This document shows positions 38,567 through 45,994 of a DNA stretch of 64,000 bases, one piece after another. The notes beneath the pieces were generated by a model. The model did no database searches. It saw only the letters and a program-made list of their open reading frames with translations, and was not told where the DNA came from. Both the position numbers and the translations under genes were made by a program. The stretch's first letter is position 1. Each line of letters begins with the position of its first letter. This DNA comes from Myxococcota bacterium (GTDB lineage: Bacteria; Myxococcota_A; UBA9160; SZUA-336). The DNA is taken from positions 2,528,001-2,592,000 of the forward strand of contig CBDFGR010000003.1 of the NCBI GenBank assembly GCA_965247115.1, read 5' to 3'.

Positions 38567-39708
38567 ACGGTGTGGCTCTATGTGCCGGGGTTGGAGGACT
38601 TGAGCTGGGACTCAAGCTTGCCCTCGGACCACGGTATCGCTGTGTGGGTTACTGCGAGCGGGACGCCTACGCAGCGGCCTGTCTCGTGGCGCGGATGGAA
38701 GACCAGGCCTTGGATCGCGCGCCTATCTGGGACGATCTTGCGACCTTCCCAAGCGGCCTCTTTAGCGGTGAGGTGGCTCTCATCTCTGCCGGTTTCCCAT
38801 GCCAGCCGTTCAGCGTGGCCGGGGACCAGCGGGGCGTAGACGATGACCGCTGGCTCTGGCCCGACATTGCCCGCATCGTTCGCGAGGTGGGACCCCGCTA
38901 CGTGTTCCTGGAGAACGTGTCAGGCCTCCTTGGTCACGGACTGGGACACATTCTCGGAGACCTGGCCGGGCTCGGGTTCGATGCGGAGTGGAGTGTGTTC
39001 AGTGCAGCCGGAAGCGGAGCACCGCACCTCAGGCGGCGCGTCTTCATCTTGGCCTACTCCCGGCGTGCCAAACGGGGGACGGACCATGAAGCCCGAGGAC
39101 ATTCTGGCGAAAGGAAAGACCGACAAGGGGAAGCGCCAAGTCGGGCTGGAAAATGCCGTCAGGATGTTCCCGACGCCCAGCGCCCAGACCTACGGGACGA
39201 ATCAGGGCGGCGGGATGGGCCGGGTGGGTCCGGTGCGCGAGAGCCTGGAGACGATGGCGCGGAACGGGAGATGGCCCACGCCGACCGCAGGCGACGCGAA
39301 GCAGAGCGGAGCGGCAGCGTACTCAACAGAGAGTGGGAGACACGCCGGAACGACCCTGACGGATGCGATCAGGATGTGGCCGACCCCGGCGGCGAGAGAC
39401 TGGAAGTCCGGTCGGTCAAATCTGATCGGGACGAATGCTCGACCGTTGAGCGAGGTGGTCTTGGTGTGGCCGACGCCCCGAGCAGCCGACAGCATCAAGG
39501 GGCGCAGGACCCCGGAGGGGGCGGCGAAGGAGCGGGCAAGAACGAACGGCCCGGATCTTCCGGCGATGGCTGGTGGCTCACTGAACCCGACATGGGTCGA
39601 GTGGCTGATGGGGTTCCCTCTCGGATGGACCGATTGCGCTGCCTCGGTAACGGAGTCGTACCGGCTGTGGCTGCGAGGGCATTCCGAGTGCTGAGCGCTC
39701 GTCTGTAA
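38563..39708 (+). CDS. C5 DNA cytosine methyltransferase, alpha chain
   Basis: Motifs I LCAGVGG, IV AGFPCQPFS, VI LENV, VIII PHLRRRVF, X RLRCLGNGVV. Confidence 0.92.
   Translation: MNGVALCAGVGGLELGLKLALGPRYRCVGYCERDAYAAACLVARMEDQALDRAPIWDDLATFPSGLFSGEVALISAGFPCQPFSVAGDQRGVDDDRWLWPDIARIVREVGPRYVFLENVSGLLGHGLGHILGDLAGLGFDAEWSVFSAAGSGAPHLRRRVFILAYSRRAKRGTDHEARGHSGERKDRQGEAPSRAGKCRQDVPDAQRPDLRDESGRRDGPGGSGAREPGDDGAEREMAHADRRRREAERSGSVLNREWETRRNDPDGCDQDVADPGGERLEVRSVKSDRDECSTVERGGLGVADAPSSRQHQGAQDPGGGGEGAGKNERPGSSGDGWWLTEPDMGRVADGVPSRMDRLRCLGNGVVPAVAARAFRVLSARL
38843..39694 (+). CDS. Overlapping alternative-frame beta chain of the C5 methyltransferase
   Basis: Five W/FPTP repeats and a motif IX-like LNPTWVEWLMGFPLGWT, entirely inside the alpha gene. 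Confidence 0.7.
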   Translation: MTAGSGPTLPASFARWDPATCSWRTCQASLVTDWDTFSETWPGSGSMRSGVCSVQPEAEHRTSGGASSSWPTPGVPNGGRTMKPEDILAKGKTDKGKRQVGLENAVRMFPTPSAQTYGTNQGGGMGRVGPVRESLETMARNGRWPTPTAGDAKQSGAAAYSTESGRHAGTTLTDAIRMWPTPAARDWKSGRSNLIGTNARPLSEVVLVWPTPRAADSIKGRRTPEGAAKERARTNGPDLPAMAGGSLNPTWVEWLMGFPLGWTDCAASVTESYRLWLRGHSEC

Positions 39709-39795
39709 AGGGTGCTGGAGCGGCTTCCCCGAGTATGCGTGCGGTCAGTGCCTGGAGGTGCCGACGGATAAGACACCCGTCAGTCAGGAGAAGCT

Positions 39796-39993
39796 ATAAG
39801 CAACGTTGTCAATCTAGATTCGCAGCGCCCGCACCTAGTGATCGACAGCTCCGGATTTGGTGGGTCAGTCCGCGTCTACCCGGTGGCCTACTTCGAGGAT
39901 CTCGTAGCAGGTAAGCCGGTTGAGCCCATCCCGGACGATGCTCTACGACAAATCATTGCTGAATGGCTGCTAAGCCGACAGGAATTCGAGTAA
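39796..39993 (+). CDS. Phage hypothetical protein with ATA (mutated or non-canonical) start
   Basis: AGGAG RBS then ATA AGC AAC: (M)SNVVNLDSQRPHLVIDSSGFGGSVRVYPVAYFEDLVAGKPVEPIPDDALRQIIAEWLLSRQEFE. Fills the gap between neighbours exactly; missed by the ORF track. Confidence 0.55.
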   Translation: MSNVVNLDSQRPHLVIDSSGFGGSVRVYPVAYFEDLVAGKPVEPIPDDALRQIIAEWLLSRQEFE

Positions 39994-39995
39994 TA

Positions 39996-40202
39996 ATGGG
40001 ACTCTACGAGGATCTCGCACAGAGCCATCGTAGCTTACGGCGTGGCCAAGTCTGGTGCCGAACCTGCGGGGCTACCCGCAACGTCGATCCCGCAGAGTGT
40101 CTCGGCAAGGGTTGGCCGAAGTGTTGCGGCTACACAATGACGATCGACGCACCTGATGAGCGACCGACGGAGAAGACGACCGTCAGTCAGGAGAAGCCAT
40201 GA
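39996..40202 (+). CDS. Small zinc-ribbon phage protein
   Basis: VWCRTCG...WPKCCGYTM. Confidence 0.7.
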   Translation: MGLYEDLAQSHRSLRRGQVWCRTCGATRNVDPAECLGKGWPKCCGYTMTIDAPDERPTEKTTVSQEKP

Positions 40203-40507
40203 CGCCGGAGCGCAGGGCCGAACTCTACGACTCGATCAGCAATCCCTGTGCCGCCTGCGGATCGGGTGTCACGGCGTCCTGCTTGGAAACTAACGGTTGC
40301 GCGCCACGCGAGAAGCAGATTGGGCGCCTCGCAGACGAGTTCAGAGCTGCTGTCCTGGCCGAGCGAGAGGCGTGCGCGAAAGTGGTAGATCCAGGGTGGC
40401 ATGATTTCCACTCTTGTAACGAGAAGTGCTTCAGAGGGAGGACCATCGCGGCCGAGATCCGCAACCGACCGACGGATACAGACACCGCGGGTCAGCAGGG
40501 CGAGTGA
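40199..40507 (+). CDS. Phage hypothetical protein
   Basis: AVLAEREACAKV...IAAEIR motif, ATGA overlap, RBS. Confidence 0.75.
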   Translation: MTPERRAELYDSISNPCAACGSGVTASCLETNGCAPREKQIGRLADEFRAAVLAEREACAKVVDPGWHDFHSCNEKCFRGRTIAAEIRNRPTDTDTAGQQGE

Positions 40508-40749
40508 GCCACCCCCCGAAGCGGCCTTGGGACTGGCAGTGGGACAATCGGCGGATCTGGATCGGCGCCAAGGGCACATGGTCTGACTATGCATGTGAGA
40601 TCAGGTTCCAAGACAAGCCCGATGCCGAGGCAAGCGCCGAGCACATCGTCCGCTGCGTGAACTCCCACGACGCTCTCGTAGAGATCGGAGGTAGCGAAGA
40701 CACGGAACTCATCGATACCGAAGAGATGGCGTTAGACAGCGCCGCATGA
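40504..40749 (+). CDS. Phage hypothetical protein, possibly 3'-truncated
   Basis: MSHPPKRPW...ASAEHIVRCVNSHDALVE, a common small-phage-gene pattern; GTGA overlap. Confidence 0.6.
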   Translation: MSHPPKRPWDWQWDNRRIWIGAKGTWSDYACEIRFQDKPDAEASAEHIVRCVNSHDALVEIGGSEDTELIDTEEMALDSAA

Positions 40750-40767
40750 CTATAGTAATCATCGTGC

Positions 40768-43338
40768 GTGTTGATGACCGCTGAACGGACGAACGTGACC
40801 GGCGACGCGCGGTTAGAGCATCGCCGACAAAGAAACGGCCGCGCCAATGCGCGGACGAAGGATTGGGAGCACACCGCCTTGGCCGCTTTGCTCTGCACTA
40901 TCCTGGCCTGTGCTAGCGGAGGAGGAGGAGGAAGTGGGCTGCCGTCGATGGATCCGTCACCACCGGATCCACCGGACCCGCCGAACCTGGAAGATCTGGC
41001 GCAGGACTTCTCCCAGGTTTCGGAATTCCGGAACCAGCCCGCTCTGAGCCGGATCAAGGCCAACTATGCCTATGCGCGCGGCGCCACGGGCGCGGGCGTA
41101 ACGGTCGGGGTCATCGACAGTGGTATCGACAGCACCCACCTGGAATTCGAAGGCCCGGGTAAGCTGCACCCGGATTCTGGCTTCTACGATGACTATGACT
41201 CTGGGACGAAGACTCTTCTTACTATCAGCGAACCCACAAGAAGCGAAATTATTCACGGAACCGTGGTGAGCGGCGTTCTCGCGGCGAACCGAAATCCCGC
41301 ACTGACAGACGATGTAAGCATGCACGGTGTCGCGTTCGATGCCCAACTGCTCTCAGTAGGGATCTCGCTCGGGTCCAGCGGTGGAACCTACATCCCCATC
41401 GATCTCAGCAACCCTGGCGATGACCCCTTGCTTGATGAGTTCCCTGCGGCGATTTTTCGCGAAGTGAATTCGCGCGCCGCCACGGTCAATCTCAGCATTG
41501 GGTTCCCTGGCGGGATCGAGCGCTATAGCGAAAGAGAGATCCGCGACGCCTTTCCCCGCTCGATCGAGGCCGTGGCCCAAGCGACGATCCCGGCCGCCGA
41601 GCGGACCATCTACGTATGGGCGGCCGGCAATGCTCGCAACCAACCGCATGCCGACGGGACTCTCGAGCTCGCCGAGTCAGTCGAGATCCTTGCCGGATTA
41701 CCCCACCGGATCCGCGAGCTGCGGGGGCACTCCCTCGCCGTCGTCGCAGTGGACACAGAGACCGGCGTGATCGCGGACTTCTCGAACCGTTGCGGCATCG
41801 CCTATAGCTTCTGCCTGGCCGCACCCGGGACGGACATCAGAGGCCCTTTCCCTGACATCGACGATACCGGAGATGTTTTCTACGCGGACCGTAGCGGCAC
41901 CTCGCTGGCGGCTCCACTGGTGACAGGCGCCGTCGCGCTGCTGACTCAGCGCTACCGAGATCAGCTCGGTGCCTCCGAGATCGTGGCTCGTCTGCTCGAA
42001 ACGGCGAACGATACCGGGATCTACGCCGACCTTGACATATATGGGCAGGGACTGCTCGACCTCGACGCCGCCACGCGGCCACGCGGCCAGACCCGGCTGC
42101 TCACGAGCGGAGCGCTCGCCGGTCCGGCCACCGCCGAAGAGCTCAGCTCCCTGGCGAGTAGCCCTGCGTTTGGCGATGCGCTCGAGCGCGGACTCGCCAA
42201 CCACGAGATCGCCGCCTTCGACGCGCTCGACGCCCCTTTCTTTCGGCCGCTGGGCACGTATCTCAAGACTCCCGCCGCTGCGCGCACCCGTGTCGAGGAT
42301 CGCCTCTGGACGCTTGGCATCGATGCGCGCGGTCCGGCGTGGAATCGGCCCGGATCCCCAGAGTTGCGAATGCGCGTCGATCGCGTACCGATTGGCTACG
42401 GAGACTCTGCTCGACGGAGACGCCTGGGGGCGCTGGGCTCACCGAAGGCCACCGAGGACCGGCTTGGTGCACTCTCTTACTCCCGCCAGGTCGGCGTCGG
42501 CCGGGCGTTCCTGGGACTGCGCAGCCACCCCGGCTGGAGCTTCGGTCTGTACGCGGCGGGTGTAGTCGAGCCCGGGACCTTCAGCGACGATGGCGTATTC
42601 GCCAGCCCTTTCCTTGCGTTGGCGCGCGACGGAGGCGTCGCGGGACTAGAGCTACCGCTGATCGCGGGAGCAATCCGAGTAGCCGCCTTCCGCGGCGCAG
42701 CGCAGTGGGGTGAGCGCCGCGATCCGGACGATGGCCGCAGTGCCGGGGCCATGCTGGAGTACCGGCTTCCGGAGCGTTCCGGCTCTGGCGCGACCCTCCA
42801 GGCTGGCTGGCTGCAAGAGTCCGAGCGCCTGATGGGTAGCCGCTCGAGGGGCGCGTTCGGTGCCCTGCGCGGCCGCACTGCGTTCGCGGGTGTGTCTGCT
42901 CATGTCCAGCTGGGCGCGCGCTGGACCGTGTTCGCCACTGCGCATGCCGGCTGGACCCGCCCGGAGATCTCCGGGCGGGGATTGCTTCGCCGCTTGTCCC
43001 CGCTCTGGACGAGCTCGTTCGGGCTGGGGATCACCGGCCGGAGCGTCTGGGACCGGCGCGACCGCCTGTCGCTGCGACTTTCGCAGCCGCTGCGCGTGGA
43101 ATCGGGTCAGCTCTCGCTGCGCTGGGCCACGGGTCGTACGCGGGACCGACGAGTGCGTACCGATGAGCTAGCGCTGAGTCTGGAGCCCTCGGCGCGCCAA
43201 ATCGACTTGGAACTCGTCTATGCGCGCCCGTGGGCCGGAGGGTCGGCCCACTTCGCCGCAGTCGCCGTGCACGATCCAGACCACACCCGCGACGCGGCCG
43301 AGCTCGCGCTGCTCTTCCGGTACGGCTGCAAGTTCTGA
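40768..43338 (+). CDS. S8 subtilisin-family serine peptidase, lipoprotein with autotransporter-like C-terminal barrel
   Basis: VGVIDSG, HGTVV, WAAGN, SGTSLAAP, YGQGLLDL; start uncertain. Confidence 0.9.
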   Translation: MLMTAERTNVTGDARLEHRRQRNGRANARTKDWEHTALAALLCTILACASGGGGGSGLPSMDPSPPDPPDPPNLEDLAQDFSQVSEFRNQPALSRIKANYAYARGATGAGVTVGVIDSGIDSTHLEFEGPGKLHPDSGFYDDYDSGTKTLLTISEPTRSEIIHGTVVSGVLAANRNPALTDDVSMHGVAFDAQLLSVGISLGSSGGTYIPIDLSNPGDDPLLDEFPAAIFREVNSRAATVNLSIGFPGGIERYSEREIRDAFPRSIEAVAQATIPAAERTIYVWAAGNARNQPHADGTLELAESVEILAGLPHRIRELRGHSLAVVAVDTETGVIADFSNRCGIAYSFCLAAPGTDIRGPFPDIDDTGDVFYADRSGTSLAAPLVTGAVALLTQRYRDQLGASEIVARLLETANDTGIYADLDIYGQGLLDLDAATRPRGQTRLLTSGALAGPATAEELSSLASSPAFGDALERGLANHEIAAFDALDAPFFRPLGTYLKTPAAARTRVEDRLWTLGIDARGPAWNRPGSPELRMRVDRVPIGYGDSARRRRLGALGSPKATEDRLGALSYSRQVGVGRAFLGLRSHPGWSFGLYAAGVVEPGTFSDDGVFASPFLALARDGGVAGLELPLIAGAIRVAAFRGAAQWGERRDPDDGRSAGAMLEYRLPERSGSGATLQAGWLQESERLMGSRSRGAFGALRGRTAFAGVSAHVQLGARWTVFATAHAGWTRPEISGRGLLRRLSPLWTSSFGLGITGRSVWDRRDRLSLRLSQPLRVESGQLSLRWATGRTRDRRVRTDELALSLEPSARQIDLELVYARPWAGGSAHFAAVAVHDPDHTRDAAELALLFRYGCKF

Positions 43339-43402
43339 AACTAAGTCAGATCGGTCGTAAGATCCGAGTGGTAGGTTGAAGTCGGACCGACTGGAGGAAG
43401 AG

Positions 43403-44701
43403 ATGATGAAAGCGGCAGTGTTCCTACTAATTCTGATACTTACCACAATGGATTCATCGGCAGAGGAGACTCCCACGCTCCTAAGCAACCCAGGTGACTA
43501 CAAGTCTGACAGTCACTTCCATCTGCTTGATTTCTTGCAAAACGGAGAGTTCCTGAATACGGATGGCAAGTTTCCGGGTACAGAGTGGGGCCTGACCACG
43601 AGCGGTCGTTATTCGACGCTTCCCTTTGGGGAGAGAGGGAGAAGAATTGAAGCGCTGCTTCGGGGAATGGAAGCGGCGAGAGTGGACCACGTCATGGTGT
43701 CGGGAATGCCATTTGTCAAGAAGTGGTCGGAGAATGAGCCCTTCATGAGACCAAAGTATTACCTCGACAGCAGCTCAACAGTAAAGCGTGCACGCGATAC
43801 CGACATCACCATTGCCCACGCCATTCTCGACTATCAGAGAAAACATGCTGACGACCCTGCCCAGCTCTCAGAACTCCGAAAGATACATCCGTTCATCACG
43901 GGTTTTGATGGAACCGATCTTGGTGCGGTCGATCTCATCGTGAAACGGATCAAGGAGTTCCCTGGAATCTGGCAAGGGATAGGCGAGGTGATGTCGCGCC
44001 ATGATGATCTCACGAGTCTGACTCTCGGGGAAAGACCTCGTGCCGACCACCCGGCGCTCGTGCGTGTCTGCCGGTTCGCAGGAAAACACTTTCTTCCGGT
44101 AAGCATTCATCACAACATCGCGCCGATCTCGAGAAATCCGACTGAAATCCAGGCACCACTCTATCTCGACGAGCTGGTTCGACTGTTTCGTCACTGTCGC
44201 TGGAAAGATGGTGACCGAGATTACACAACTCGGTTTATCTGGTGCCATGCGGGCATCAGCAGACGAATCAACATTGAGAATCTCCCGTTCTGGATAGAAG
44301 CGGTCCTCAAAGACTCGGGAGATCAAGTTTCCATCGATCTGTCGTGGGTTGTCTTAGCCGACTACATATATGAGGATCTGGACCGGTGGGTCCGATTGAT
44401 AAAGCAGTACCCAGATCGATTCATGATCGGATCGGACGCAGTTGGTGGTGCCAGTAAGCTCAAACAAGAGCTCAGCAACTTTGACCCGCTGTTGGCGAAG
44501 TTGCCCTCGGATATCAGAGTCAAAGTCGCTCATGCCAACTTCGCCAATCTGATGCAAGAAATGGCAGCAATGAGGGCGAAGGCAGGGCTGGGAGAAGAGG
44601 GGATCGTATTGGACTACGAATACGAGTTTCCGGAGTATGGCAATACTGGACGGCTGTCCAAATCGGAGTCTTTTACTCGTTCCAGAGAGGAACTCGAATA
44701 G
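43403..44701 (+). CDS. Exported amidohydrolase family protein
   Basis: DSHFH, GIGEVMSRHD, IHHN, IWCHAG, FMIGSD; lower GC. Confidence 0.85.
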   Translation: MMKAAVFLLILILTTMDSSAEETPTLLSNPGDYKSDSHFHLLDFLQNGEFLNTDGKFPGTEWGLTTSGRYSTLPFGERGRRIEALLRGMEAARVDHVMVSGMPFVKKWSENEPFMRPKYYLDSSSTVKRARDTDITIAHAILDYQRKHADDPAQLSELRKIHPFITGFDGTDLGAVDLIVKRIKEFPGIWQGIGEVMSRHDDLTSLTLGERPRADHPALVRVCRFAGKHFLPVSIHHNIAPISRNPTEIQAPLYLDELVRLFRHCRWKDGDRDYTTRFIWCHAGISRRINIENLPFWIEAVLKDSGDQVSIDLSWVVLADYIYEDLDRWVRLIKQYPDRFMIGSDAVGGASKLKQELSNFDPLLAKLPSDIRVKVAHANFANLMQEMAAMRAKAGLGEEGIVLDYEYEFPEYGNTGRLSKSESFTRSREELE

Positions 44702-44843
44702 GATGACTAGGTTCTGATGCCATTCACAAACCTTGTGCTAGTAGACCAATCCCCCTTTGAGATGCTCTCCTGACCAGAAAGTCCGCGTTGATAGGCAAGC
44801 TTGTGCCCTATTCGGCGCTGTCAGCTGTGTGGAGGAAAAGAGC

Positions 44844-45808
44844 ATGAGATGCGTTGTCTCATTTTTGACTTGCGTGATCGCAATAAGTCCATTCTCCAGC
44901 AGTCTGGCGCGGGCTGGTTCGGGCTTGTATCTCAGCAGCGAGTTGGGAGCCAACTTCGCCCCGTCCGTGGATACCACCGGCAGCAGCAACGACCGGGCCA
45001 GCGTATGCGATGAGTTCATCAATCCAATGTTCTCCACAGTCACGCAAACTCCGGGATACGCCAGCTACAACTGTACGGGCCCCAATCGCGGTGCGACTGG
45101 AGACTGGAAGAACAAGTTCGACCGTGCCGAGGGCATTCTAGCCGGAGCGGCGCTGGGGTATCGCCTGAGCGATAAATATCCGGATAGTCTTCTGGGCCGG
45201 TTCCGTCTTGAGTTGGAGTATTTCTACCGGAACTCGGAGTATGATGAGACTTCCGACATCCCTGGTGCAGCGGGCGAGAGCGGCGACAAGCTCGTCCAGG
45301 AAATTCGGACAGCGACGGACCGGATAGATAGCATCACCTCTCACAACCTATTCGGGAACCTGTACTTCGACTTTGTGAACAGCAGCCGTTTTACCCCTTA
45401 CGTCGGTTTTGGGGTCGGCGTCGGCTTCACCGACATGGACTATGGAAGTGTGTGGACGCGGAACTCCGATGTAAACAGGATCACCACGGAGGAAGGTCTG
45501 CCCAACGCGGCCGAGATTCGCCAGAATCTGGCCGGAACATCCAGCTTCGCGCACACCGAACTCAGCGACACGCTCTTCGGCTATCAGGTGCTGTTCGGGG
45601 TCGATTATGCGCTGACGGAGTCAATATCTCTTGGCGTTAAGGGCCGCTGGATCCACTTTGATTCCTTCAGGGGCCGTATTGTCTGGGATCCCTGCGGAGT
45701 CACGGACCCAACTTGCGGAGCGACGGATCGGAACCAGTGTCGGGTAGGATCAAGACCAACGATATCGAGATGTTCGGGGTCAGCGTGAATCTCAAGTACC
45801 ACTTCTAG
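44844..45808 (+). pseudogene. Opacity/OmpA-like outer-membrane beta-barrel protein with a 1-bp frameshift near 45690
   Basis: FRLELEY, FTPYVGFGVG, FGYQVLFGVDY. Adding one C at CCC 45690-45692 gives WDPLRSH...FGVSVNLKYHF-stop, a canonical barrel end. Confidence 0.75.
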
Positions 45809-45994
45809 GCAGATCCGTGTCCGACCGTTTCGGCTGGATCTCATTTCTCCTTGAATATCGAACGCCGAACTGAGGGGGGGGTCAGTTTCCACGATGCGAC
45901 GGAGGCCCTCTACCGGACGGTGCACGGGAGAACCATCGACCTCTGCGCGGACCACACGCAAACCAAAGTGGGCATGCATCCACCCTGTTTGTAC

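Larger units (their letters stand above)
37746..40493 (+). repeat. Dispersed palindromic junction sites CCGACGG-N9-CCGTCGG plus Shine-Dalgarno (7 copies)
   Basis: Copies at 37746-37768, 38069-38091, 38146-38168, 38528-38550, 39761-39783, 40164-40186 and 40469-40491; a degenerate copy at 36623-36647. Confidence 0.85.
36499..40749 (+). mobile_element. Prophage accessory-gene segment adjacent to the tRNA-Lys att site
   Basis: att fragment, orphan phage-type methyltransferases and small ORFs with overlapping start/stop codons; no integrase in the window. Confidence 0.8.

Noticed and set aside
36757..39708. Restriction-modification system
   Set aside because: No endonuclease gene nearby; both methyltransferases are typical phage orphans.
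37746..40493. CRISPR array or classical integron attC array
   Set aside because: Units are degenerate 23-27 bp palindromes separated by whole genes. No constant spacing, no cas or intI gene, no GTTRRRY ends.
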